From Colwellia polaris (GTDB lineage: Archaea; Nanohalarchaeota; Nanosalinia; Nanosalinales; Nanosalinaceae), in the NCBI GenBank assembly GCA_047617785.1, contig JBLGBK010000009.1:1-32300 (forward strand): a DNA stretch of 32,300 nucleotides, read 5' to 3'. Under the pieces are notes generated by a model. The model was not told the DNA's origin. It made no database searches and worked only from the letters and a program-made list of their open reading frames with translations. Numbering within the stretch: the stretch's first letter is position 1; every line of letters starts with the position of its first letter. This document shows, one piece after another, positions 1 to 7,932 of the stretch. Both the position numbers and the translations under genes were made by a program.

Positions 1-76
1 TCCCTAGAAAAACTCCTGCATACTTCTTATTTTCCTCAAGAGTATTCTGTACACTTTGGAGTTCTAATTTCTTCAT
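1..76 (-). CDS. 5' end of a hypothetical, probably membrane-anchored protein that runs off the window
   Basis: ATG at 76 opens a frame with no stop to position 1 (MKKLELQSVQNTLEENKKYAGVFLG...). It lies 39 bp downstream of the 116..382 gene on the same strand. Confidence 0.5.
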   Translation of the reverse strand, partial: MKKLELQSVQNTLEENKKYAGVFLG

Positions 77-115
77 TTTACTCAAATGTAGAGGAGTTGC
101 TTACTAGATTATATT

Positions 116-382
116 TTAACAACCTAGTACTCTGTAATCTGTACTATTTGAACTAGTATTGTCTTCATAGGCCTGCAGTTTCTGAGTGTTTTCATCTATT
201 TGAGAGGAAATTTCTTTAGGCGCACTTCCTTCAAGTTGAGAGTCATCGAAACCTGTATCTCCCAAGTCTTCAGAAAGTTGCATCGGCTGCATAACAGTGT
301 AAGAAATTACAGCTACACCACCCACAACTGCAGCGGCAATATAAGCTAACTTTTCTCTAAAAGCCTGCAATACCTCTCTCAT
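116..382 (-). CDS. Small hypothetical protein with an N-terminal transmembrane helix and an acidic tail
   Basis: 88 aa. Hydrophobic stretch LAYIAAAVVGGVAVISYTV followed by a D/E/S-rich region. AT-rich TTAAAAA box ~25 nt upstream on the minus strand. Confidence 0.65.
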   Translation of the reverse strand: MREVLQAFREKLAYIAAAVVGGVAVISYTVMQPMQLSEDLGDTGFDDSQLEGSAPKEISSQIDENTQKLQAYEDNTSSNSTDYRVLGC

Positions 383-453
383 ATCTCACTATATGGAATT
401 ACTGGTTTTTAATACCAAAGGTTTTTACTCTCTTAGGAAAAACCTCTTGATGT

Positions 454-1002
454 ATGAGCAACCACCCTATATTGAAATCGCTATTTTTCTTGGCTATTAT
501 ATCCGCACTATTGGTGGGAGGAGCCAACTACCTCAACTTTAACTTGCCTTTCCTGCAAGAAGATAGAGAATTCTATGTAGACGCAGCTAGAGAAAATGTC
601 AGCGCGGAAGACCTAAATGTTACGAGGTTTGAGTCAGGTGAAAATAATTATGTGCACTTTCAAAACGGCACCTCTAGAATTGAGGTAAGAGTTGATGACG
701 ATGGAAACATCGTAAGTAAAGCGATAAGAAGTTCGCCCGGCGATTCTTCACAAGGTTTTGTTTTAAGCCAAGAAGAAGCTCTTAATAGAGCTAATGAATA
801 CTTACAGGACTCCTCCTGGAGGTTGGTTGAATCAAGCAAAGTAAATGGTAATTACGTATTTGAAATGGCCAAACAATACACTCACGCACGTATCTGGGTC
901 GACGGGTCAGAAGGTGACATAGTTTACTATTACAGGGATTATCAGAGTAATGAACAAGAAGATGAACCCTATGAAGATTCAGATGGCAGAACCAGTGACT
1001 AA
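454..1002 (+). CDS. Membrane-anchored exported protein with tandem PepSY-like modules
   Basis: N-terminal TM/signal segment. Motifs 'IEVRVDDDGNIV' and 'LSQEEALNRA...ARIWVDGSEGDIV' match the PepSY pattern (IS.EEA...A; V.IDA.TG.I). Confidence 0.6.
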   Translation: MSNHPILKSLFFLAIISALLVGGANYLNFNLPFLQEDREFYVDAARENVSAEDLNVTRFESGENNYVHFQNGTSRIEVRVDDDGNIVSKAIRSSPGDSSQGFVLSQEEALNRANEYLQDSSWRLVESSKVNGNYVFEMAKQYTHARIWVDGSEGDIVYYYRDYQSNEQEDEPYEDSDGRTSD

Positions 1003-1050
1003 GTTAATTTCTAAAACGCTTATTAACATAGATTAAAAAGTCCTTAATAC

Positions 1051-3906
1051 ATGAAAACCTGGATCTCGTTAAGCGTACTGCTGACACTACTACTAATATT
1101 GTCCAGTGCTGGAATAGCAAAGGATCATGGAAGCGTATATGTAAACCACCATGCACATCACCATGGTGAAGGTGTAAGCGGAGGAGAAGCATATCAGGAC
1201 TGGCACGCCACATTTGGAAGCAACCGTTGCCGAGGACAGAGCTGTTCTGGAAGCCCGGACGGCAGCGTTGATGAAATTGTAATATCTGATGATGACGGTA
1301 ACTCCGCAACTGAGAGTTCCGGTCAAAATTATAGAGTATGGACAAGCGACTACTCGTGGCTTGAAGGTGGAGAAAATGTCTGTGTATACTTTAAAGACGG
1401 CAGTTTGAACACTAACGAACAATGTAATTATATGCCTGAAACCAATTCTCCGCCTAATCAGCCTAGCAATCCTGAGCCTGCAGAAATAACCGATACAAGC
1501 CCGGTATATAATACTCATCCTGAACTCCGTTTTCAGGTTTCAGATCCTGATGATGAACCGGTAGATATACAGATTTACAATGGCTACTCCGGTACTTGGG
1601 ATTTCAATACCTGTGGTTCTTCAGGCAGTAGCGGACCTTCACAGTATCAATGTGATAACTCTTACTCTGGAACAACTCTTGACAACGAAGTCAATGTAGT
1701 CAATCCAGGAATTCAAGAATGGACGGTGCCAAGAGATGGTGAATATCGGATAAGAGCAGCAGGAGCTTCCGGAAATTATGGAGACGGCGCAGTAATGGAA
1801 GGAACTTTCTCGCTTAACGCAGGAACTACATTACAGATACTTGTAGGACAACGATCGCCTGATGAAGGAGGAGCCGGAGGAACATTTGTAGCAAGAGGAG
1901 GCTCTCACACCTCAGCTAGTCCGCTGGTTGTAGCAGGCGGAGGTGCTGGAGGCGATGGAGGGAGTACAAGTGCTTCTGCCGGCGCAACACATACTTACGG
2001 ACAAGACTCTCCAACCGGTCCAAATGGAGGTAACAATGGATATGGTGGAAGTGGCGGTGATGGAGGAGGGGGTGCCGGATTCTATGGAAATGGTGGCGGA
2101 GGATCTGATGGTCAGGGAGGAGAAGCTTTCCAAAATGGTGGCGAGGGAGGTTCCAACAGTGCAAGCAATGGCGGATTCGGTGGTGGAGGTACTGCTGAAG
2201 ACGCTGGTGCTGACGAAGCCGGAGGTGCTGGAGGTTACTCTGGTGGAGGAGCTGCTGAAGACGGAGGCTGCGAATGTGCTGGTGGAGGAGGTTCGTTTAT
2301 TGATTCAAGCGCCGTTTCAGGGGCAACACACACAGGAAGCTTTACCGATAGTTCTACAAATGACAACGGTTACTCTGGAGCAGTATCTGACCTAGGCGGC
2401 TCCAATTCTGGTTCAGGTTATGTTACAATTGAATCTGAAGGCAATCTCTTGAAAAGCGAAAATAATGTGCCTAATGGGAACACCTACTCATGGGAATGGA
2501 CTAATAGAAATATAGGTCAAACATATGATTGGTATGTACAAGCCTGCGATGATGATAACGAGTGTTCGACATCACCTCTATGGACATTTGATGTGGAACA
2601 AGGGCCTTTAGATCCATATAATCCGGAACCTTCTGATGGTGTTGTAGTTAACTCAAATACAGTTGATCTTAATGCTCAATACAGACATCAAGGGGGTAGT
2701 GGTTATGATGGAACACTGAGATTTTACGATGCAAGTAATGACAATGAAATGTATAGCTGCAGTGTATCTAACCAAGATAAATGTGACAGTCCATATTCCT
2801 GGGATGTGGATTCAGGAGAAACATACAACTGGTACGCGGTTGCTGAATCTAATGGTGCTTCGGAGACAGGACCAACTTGGAGTTTTACCGCCAACACACC
2901 TCCTAATGAACCCTCTAATCCGTCACCTTCAGATGGTTCAACAGGAATAGATTATAATAGCGGTAGCCTAGAGGCTTATGTCAATGATCCTGACGACCAT
3001 GATATGAGTGTAACATTTAATGCTCAGAGCTCTAGTGATACCTTCAGTAAAACTACTGATGTTTCCGGAAGCGGAACTGCATCGGTAAGCTACTCCAATT
3101 TAGAGCCGGGAGAAATTTACGAATGGACCGTTACAGCAGAGGATGAATACGGTGCCTCAACATCAAGCGATACCTGGGAATTCACTACAAATTACAAGCC
3201 AACGATAGCTAATCCTGACCCTGTTGATGGGGACTTTGTCAACGATGATTCAGTTGAGGTGAGCGTTGATGTTTCAGACAATGATGGTGATGAAACCGAT
3301 GTACAAATTTACGATGAGGACGGAAATGAGATAGCAAGTGAAACAACTCCTGACGGTTCTTCTGTTGTAGTAGAAGGAGACTATAGCGGGTTAGTTTACG
3401 GAGAGGATTACACCTGGACGGTCGAAGCAAGTGATGCTTACGGACAAACATCTCGCAACTACAACTTTGGCGTTATAGGGTCAAGTAGTTTCAGATCTTC
3501 CTCCGGAATTGACTACGAATACAGTTCTATCGTTAAATCCAGCGATCAATCTCGATACTTTGAATATACGGTTACTAATGAAAACGTAGATGATAAGGAA
3601 CTTGAGACCCGGCTAGAAGGCGCCGAAGCAGAGTTCCAGAGCCATTCAGGAAGTTCACATACTTATACTCTCGATTCGGGTGAGACTGAAGAATTTACTA
3701 TAGAGGTAACTGAAAGTCAGGTAGGAAAACACACTCTTGACGTAATTACTGAAGACCGCAGATTAGGCGCGGAAAATGTAGATTCCCTCCCTATTCTCGT
3801 ACGTGAATATGATGCAACTAATATTCAAGAAGTACCTGGATTAATGTGGATGCAGGTACTGTCTCTTGCCGCAGCTGCTACAGTTCTTTATTCTGCTTTA
3901 CTCTGA
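1051..3906 (+). CDS. Large cell-surface protein: signal peptide, His-rich N-terminus, ALK/LTK-like glycine-rich domain, ~4 Ig/FN3-like repeats, C-terminal PG-[F/L]-TM anchor
   Basis: 951 aa. Signal peptide MKTWISLSVLL...GIA. Repeats of the form P.NP.P.DG...V.D.D......Y.W.V.A.D. Glycine-rich block FNTCG...GIQEWTVP...LQILVGQ...PLVVAGGG...GYVTI. C-terminus VPGLMWMQVLSLAAAATVLYSALL. Confidence 0.85.
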   Translation: MKTWISLSVLLTLLLILSSAGIAKDHGSVYVNHHAHHHGEGVSGGEAYQDWHATFGSNRCRGQSCSGSPDGSVDEIVISDDDGNSATESSGQNYRVWTSDYSWLEGGENVCVYFKDGSLNTNEQCNYMPETNSPPNQPSNPEPAEITDTSPVYNTHPELRFQVSDPDDEPVDIQIYNGYSGTWDFNTCGSSGSSGPSQYQCDNSYSGTTLDNEVNVVNPGIQEWTVPRDGEYRIRAAGASGNYGDGAVMEGTFSLNAGTTLQILVGQRSPDEGGAGGTFVARGGSHTSASPLVVAGGGAGGDGGSTSASAGATHTYGQDSPTGPNGGNNGYGGSGGDGGGGAGFYGNGGGGSDGQGGEAFQNGGEGGSNSASNGGFGGGGTAEDAGADEAGGAGGYSGGGAAEDGGCECAGGGGSFIDSSAVSGATHTGSFTDSSTNDNGYSGAVSDLGGSNSGSGYVTIESEGNLLKSENNVPNGNTYSWEWTNRNIGQTYDWYVQACDDDNECSTSPLWTFDVEQGPLDPYNPEPSDGVVVNSNTVDLNAQYRHQGGSGYDGTLRFYDASNDNEMYSCSVSNQDKCDSPYSWDVDSGETYNWYAVAESNGASETGPTWSFTANTPPNEPSNPSPSDGSTGIDYNSGSLEAYVNDPDDHDMSVTFNAQSSSDTFSKTTDVSGSGTASVSYSNLEPGEIYEWTVTAEDEYGASTSSDTWEFTTNYKPTIANPDPVDGDFVNDDSVEVSVDVSDNDGDETDVQIYDEDGNEIASETTPDGSSVVVEGDYSGLVYGEDYTWTVEASDAYGQTSRNYNFGVIGSSSFRSSSGIDYEYSSIVKSSDQSRYFEYTVTNENVDDKELETRLEGAEAEFQSHSGSSHTYTLDSGETEEFTIEVTESQVGKHTLDVITEDRRLGAENVDSLPILVREYDATNIQEVPGLMWMQVLSLAAAATVLYSALL

Positions 3907-4069
3907 CAATGTATCCTGCTACGCGGTTTCTCAGTCTCTTTGATGAGAACTCTTCTGTATCTTTAAGTGCTTCTTTGTTCTCGTCGAAATCTTCTGAGAA
4001 CTTTTCTTCATCTGCGTCTACTAGGTCGCGTGCAAGTCTTTTGACATAAGTCTGTCTTACTCTTCCCAT
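3878..4069 (-). CDS. rps17e: 30S ribosomal protein S17e
   Basis: MGRVRQTYVKR...FSEDFDENK...SKRLRNRVAGYI is the S17e signature. The likely start is the ATG at 4069, not the ORF-track start at 4132. Overlaps the convergent surface-protein gene by 29 bp. Confidence 0.95.
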   Translation of the reverse strand: MGRVRQTYVKRLARDLVDADEEKFSEDFDENKEALKDTEEFSSKRLRNRVAGYIVRVKQNKEL

Positions 4070-4190
4070 AGTAATTCCATAACTTGTTATAAAGTTTATT
4101 AAACCCCTTTGTCTCGAAGTTTTTCTCAACAAATAAGCAGGCAGAGATCATGTTTCTTATTTAAATGTAGACGGCCAGTTAGTTGTTATC

Positions 4191-4199
4191 AAGGAGGTG
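4191..4199 (+). promoter_or_regulatory. Strong Shine-Dalgarno sequence of csp
   Basis: AAGGAGGTG lies 10 nt upstream of the ATG at 4210. A TTTAAAT TATA-like box sits at ~4160. Confidence 0.7.
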
Positions 4200-4209
4200 T
4201 TTTTCTAGT

Positions 4210-4401
4210 ATGCAAGGTACAGTAAAGTTCTTTCACGATCAGAAACAATATGGATTTATAGTAACTGAAGATTTCGACGACGACCTTTTCTTCCACATCA
4301 GTGATGTAGAAGGAGATGAAATTGAAGAAGACGACGAAGTAGAATTTGAACAGGAAGAAGGCGACAAAGGACCAAAGGCCGCAAAAGTCGAAGTTCAGTA
4401 A
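4210..4401 (+). CDS. cspA: Cold-shock domain protein (CspA family)
   Basis: MQGTVKFF...QYGFI (RNP1)...DLFFHIS (RNP2)...GDKGPKAAKV. Start chosen from the Shine-Dalgarno position. Confidence 0.93.
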   Translation: MQGTVKFFHDQKQYGFIVTEDFDDDLFFHISDVEGDEIEEDDEVEFEQEEGDKGPKAAKVEVQ

Positions 4402-4470
4402 ACTTCTAGGTTTTTAACCTGAAGTTTCTTCACAACTAGTTTTTCTCTCTTATTTTAATTTTCTATTTAG
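4400..4470 (+). terminator. Hairpin plus T-rich tracts after csp
   Basis: AAACTTC-T-AGGTT/TTT/AACCT-GAAGTTT (4400-4427), followed by several oligo-T runs. Confidence 0.5.
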
Positions 4471-4516
4471 TTTCTCAACCAAAAGACACACATAGTTTTG
4501 TAGATAAATCTCTCAT

Positions 4517-5236
4517 ATGACCGACCTACTATACTATCCAGATAATGAGTATGAGAAAGAGTTCAAAGCTGAAGTCACTAAATCAAAGGAAACAGACGGC
4601 TACATTTGCCTTAATAAGACACTTTTCTATAAGGAGGGTGGCGGCCAGCCAGCGGATCACGGAAGAATTTCCTGGGATGGCTGTAAAGCAGAAGTAACCG
4701 ATGTAAAGAAGAAACACGGCGAAATAAGACACTATATTGAAGGGGATATTCCGGAAGCAGATACGCGTGTACATGGCAGAATTGACTGGGATCGAAGATA
4801 CAAGCATATGAGGATGCATACTGCTCAGCACATCGTTTCGTGGGTGGTGCTCAATATGTACGATGCATCAACTGCAGGAAACCAGATACACGAGGATTAC
4901 AGCCGTATCGACTTTGAGCCCGCAGCTTTCTCAGATGAAGAAGTTGAAAAGATCGAGAAAGCCGCTAATGCTTTAATTGAAAAAGAGCTTGAAGTCGAGA
5001 AGAAGGAGATGGATCGTGAACTGGTTGAAGAACGGGTTCAGGAAGGTAGAACCAACCTAGATATTATTCCAAACGGTATCGATCCTCTTAGAGTTGTTAT
5101 CGTCGGTGAGGAGGATCTCTGCCCGTGTGGTGGTACGCATGTTGACAACTTGAAGGAGATTGGCCGTATCGATATACAGGAGAGAAAGAGCAAAGGTGCA
5201 GATGTAGAAAGGCTGATCTTTGAACTTGAAGAATAA
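4517..5236 (+). CDS. alaX: Alanyl-tRNA editing protein AlaX (AlaX-M type)
   Basis: FYKEGGGQPADHG, plus Zn ligands HTAQH (HxxxH) and CGGTH (CxxxH). 239 aa stand-alone editing domain. Confidence 0.92.
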   Translation: MTDLLYYPDNEYEKEFKAEVTKSKETDGYICLNKTLFYKEGGGQPADHGRISWDGCKAEVTDVKKKHGEIRHYIEGDIPEADTRVHGRIDWDRRYKHMRMHTAQHIVSWVVLNMYDASTAGNQIHEDYSRIDFEPAAFSDEEVEKIEKAANALIEKELEVEKKEMDRELVEERVQEGRTNLDIIPNGIDPLRVVIVGEEDLCPCGGTHVDNLKEIGRIDIQERKSKGADVERLIFELEE

Positions 5237-5249
5237 TATCCTCTATTTT

Positions 5250-5996
5250 TTACATTTCATTATACATTCTTTCTGCGATAAAGCTGTCGCTGTACCAATC
5301 AGAGACTTTTACTGCGTTGCTGTTCCCGTCCTTTGCTGGTAGATACGCTTTCTGCCAGTCCCAGTATTTTGCTCTTCTGTCCCCGGTGTTGAATTTCACG
5401 CTTTCTACTGCTTTGTATGCAGGTATTACTAGTTCTCCTACGAGAAAGGTTTCGGCGACTTTACCGTCTTCTTTCTTAATTATGTCTCTAAGAGGAAGAT
5501 CTAAGTCGTCCTTAACTTGTTCAGAGTATTCATCTCGTGGCTGGTGAATTATTGTATGTAATAAACCTTCCTTAGGTTGTTCAGTCATCTCATAATCCTG
5601 TGTTTCCGGATTATAGGTTGCTCCAGCGAGTTCGCCCATTGCAGGTCCTTTCATGTAGATTCCCCCATCTGATGTTCTTTCGCCTCTGCTTGCGACACGT
5701 ATAGCGCATTTTGACTGTACGGGAAGTCCTTCAAATACGCCATCGGTAATTCTCAGGTCAACTTCACCATCATCTATAATCTCCATGTTGTAGGTTTCCT
5801 CCAAATATTCCTCTCCCATTCTGCCGATAGCATCGGTATGATGTGAGAAATTCATCCTGCTATCTACGTTCTCAACTCTCTCTAAAGCTGAATGAGCGGG
5901 ATGCCAGTTGCGCGGTTCCCCGCCTAGAGCGACAAATATATCGTTAAAACTGAGAGGCTCTGAATTTTCGGTTCTTGATTTTTCTACCTGTCTCAC
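5250..5996 (-). CDS. Hypothetical protein, putative PD-(D/E)XK-superfamily nuclease (paralogue A)
   Basis: GTG start with a TATA-like box ~25 nt upstream. IGRMGEEY...GEVDLRI...PVQSKCA gives the E...D...Q-x-K arrangement. Paralogous to 6034..6792. Confidence 0.6.
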   Translation of the reverse strand: MRQVEKSRTENSEPLSFNDIFVALGGEPRNWHPAHSALERVENVDSRMNFSHHTDAIGRMGEEYLEETYNMEIIDDGEVDLRITDGVFEGLPVQSKCAIRVASRGERTSDGGIYMKGPAMGELAGATYNPETQDYEMTEQPKEGLLHTIIHQPRDEYSEQVKDDLDLPLRDIIKKEDGKVAETFLVGELVIPAYKAVESVKFNTGDRRAKYWDWQKAYLPAKDGNSNAVKVSDWYSDSFIAERMYNEM

Positions 5997-6033
5997 AGAT
6001 ATTACTTCGGGTCAAAAATTTAAGTCGTATTTT

Positions 6034-6792
6034 CTAGTACTGAGTGATATCATGGCTAGGATCTATTCCTTGATCTTCCATACTTCGTGAACGAACTTCC
6101 TGATATACAGGGCTTTCCCAGGGATTAACTCCGAATACCTCATCCCAGTTCAACTCGTACTCTCTACTTCGATACCACGCAGAATCTTCATCTTCTGGAG
6201 GCTTCGTTAGATCGGCTTCTATACTCTCTTCCAGAACCTGCTTAGGAACAAGCATCTTACCGTGAAGCTCCAGATACATTTCCTTAACCCCTTCATCAGC
6301 ATCCTCTTCTAGATGCAGCGTATCGAAACCGTTCTCCTGTGGCTGGTGCGCAGGATTGTAGATGTTAAAGTCGATAAGTGAGCGATCAGGAAGATCCTTG
6401 TAGTTATGATGTCTTATCTTGAAAGCTCCACGCCTGAAAGCAGGGTTGCCATTCGAATCTTCTCCAGCCTTTCTGTAAAGCGCTGCAGACTTTACCTGTA
6501 CAGGCCAACCCTCAGCACGATCGCTGAAGCCTATCCGGATATCGACTTCACCTTTATCTTCTAATTGCGCTCCGTAGTCTTGCGCAGCATATCGTTCAAA
6601 TATATTTCCTATCTTTGATACTTCATCTCGATTGATGTGTTCTCTACTAGTAGATTCCTCTCCGGAAACTTGTGCTGCTTGGCTAGGATGCCAGTCTGGT
6701 ATATTGCTTCCGGCAAGCGCTGCAAAATCATCGGGTGTTTCAATTTTATCGCCGTTCAGAAATCTGTTTACTGCTTCGCCCCAACTCCCCAT
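6034..6792 (-). CDS. Hypothetical protein, putative PD-(D/E)XK-superfamily nuclease (paralogue B)
   Basis: IGNIFERY...GEVDIRI...PVQVKSA...RRGAFKIR. Shares an N-terminal F.AL.G...WHP motif with paralogue A. Confidence 0.62.
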   Translation of the reverse strand: MGSWGEAVNRFLNGDKIETPDDFAALAGSNIPDWHPSQAAQVSGEESTSREHINRDEVSKIGNIFERYAAQDYGAQLEDKGEVDIRIGFSDRAEGWPVQVKSAALYRKAGEDSNGNPAFRRGAFKIRHHNYKDLPDRSLIDFNIYNPAHQPQENGFDTLHLEEDADEGVKEMYLELHGKMLVPKQVLEESIEADLTKPPEDEDSAWYRSREYELNWDEVFGVNPWESPVYQEVRSRSMEDQGIDPSHDITQY

Positions 6793-6850
6793 AACTATCT
6801 CAGTGATTCAAAGACTTAAATCAGAAATCGTGTGAGAAACCGCCGAACAG

Positions 6851-7753
6851 TCAATCATGATTCAGATTCATTTCAAGGTACTCATCTAGAAAGGCCATAG
6901 GCGAGTAACCATATCCGGCGTCTTTGTGCCAGTCTAGGTCAAAGTACTCCTCAGGTCTTACCCAATTATACTTCTCATGTTCATCTGAAAGCACTACTTC
7001 GCCGTTCCAGTCATCAGGTCTCAATAAGATAATATAGACATCTACAGTGTTCTCTTCTTCAATCTCTTCACGTACAATATCTGTGCCTCCTGAAACTTCA
7101 ATATCAAGTTCTTCCTTAAGTTCTCGCTTAAGAGCCTCAAAACGATTTTCGTCTTTCCTCTTTCCGACTCTGCCTCCTGGAAGTTCCCATTTACCGCTCA
7201 TATCACCGTACTTCTTGAACCTCTGACCTGAAGAAATTTTTTCGATAACTGACTTCTTTACAGCCAGGAAATTACCTTTTTCATCCTGTATCAAGGCCTT
7301 GACTACTGCGATCTCCATCCCTGATCCGTAGTTTCGTTTTTCTTCCAGATACTTCTTAGAGTATCTTCCAGGGGGAAGAATATAGGCTGAGTCTCTGTGC
7401 CATTCCAGCTCCGAGAACTCTTCAGGTCTTACCCAATTATACTTCTCATGTTCATCTGAAAGTTCTATTTCTCCAGAAAAATCTGAGCTATGCATAACAT
7501 AGCAGTTGATATGGTTCTCATCCTCTATTTCAATCCTTACAAGATCTTTCGAACCTTCGATTTCAAGCCCTGTCTCTTCTTTTATTTCTCTTTTCAGAGC
7601 CTCAAATCGGTCTTCACCTTCTTCTATTTTTCCGCCAGGTTGCTCCCATTTTCCAGCCGTGAAATCGTAGTCCTCAGCCTTCTTAAGCATAAGGAACTCT
7701 CCATCTTGGTTTTCTATAAGGCCTTTAGCGACAGGGATTTTTTCCTTTTCCAT
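6851..7753 (-). CDS. Tandem (two-domain) Nudix hydrolase
   Basis: Canonical Nudix box GGKIEEGEDRFEALKREIKEETGL and a second box GGRVGKRKDENRFEALKRELKEELDI. Both halves contain LSDEHEKYNWVRPEE. Confidence 0.9.
   Translation of the reverse strand: MEKEKIPVAKGLIENQDGEFLMLKKAEDYDFTAGKWEQPGGKIEEGEDRFEALKREIKEETGLEIEGSKDLVRIEIEDENHINCYVMHSSDFSGEIELSDEHEKYNWVRPEEFSELEWHRDSAYILPPGRYSKKYLEEKRNYGSGMEIAVVKALIQDEKGNFLAVKKSVIEKISSGQRFKKYGDMSGKWELPGGRVGKRKDENRFEALKRELKEELDIEVSGGTDIVREEIEEENTVDVYIILLRPDDWNGEVVLSDEHEKYNWVRPEEYFDLDWHKDAGYGYSPMAFLDEYLEMNLNHD
6951..7462. repeat. Exact 41-bp direct repeat (6951-6991 and 7422-7462) inside the Nudix gene
   Basis: TCAGGTCTTACCCAATTATACTTCTCATGTTCATCTGAAAG occurs twice, 471 bp apart. 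Confidence 0.95.
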
Positions 7754-7849
7754 AACTCTGTTGTGTTGTCCTAGGATTTATGCCTTGACCGTTTGCTTTT
7801 TACGAGTTGAATGATTTTTGATTTTATACGTACGGTAGAGATAGTTCTT

Positions 7850-7888
7850 GGGAGCCTGAGGCCGACTGGGAATAGGTCGGAGGTTCTT
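7850..7888 (+). ncRNA. Possible structured 5' leader or small RNA hairpin
   Basis: GGGAGCCT/AGGTTCTT outer stem (with G·U pairs) encloses a CCGAC/GTCGG inner stem. A TTTTATA box lies ~25 nt upstream. Confidence 0.35.
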
Positions 7889-7932
7889 TAACTGAAACAG
7901 ATACTGAAAATGTTAAGAGGCAACTAAATCAT

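Noticed and set aside
1-382. Pilin-like genes
   Set aside because: There is no class III signal-peptide cleavage motif ahead of the hydrophobic segments.
1943-2395. 150-aa alternative-frame ORF within the glycine-rich domain
   Set aside because: It is a by-product of GGN codon runs (V/E/M-rich shifted frame) with no independent expression signals.
6951-7462. Template/variable repeat pair of a diversity-generating retroelement
   Set aside because: The copies are identical with no adenine-specific mismatches, they are short, and no reverse transcriptase is in the window.
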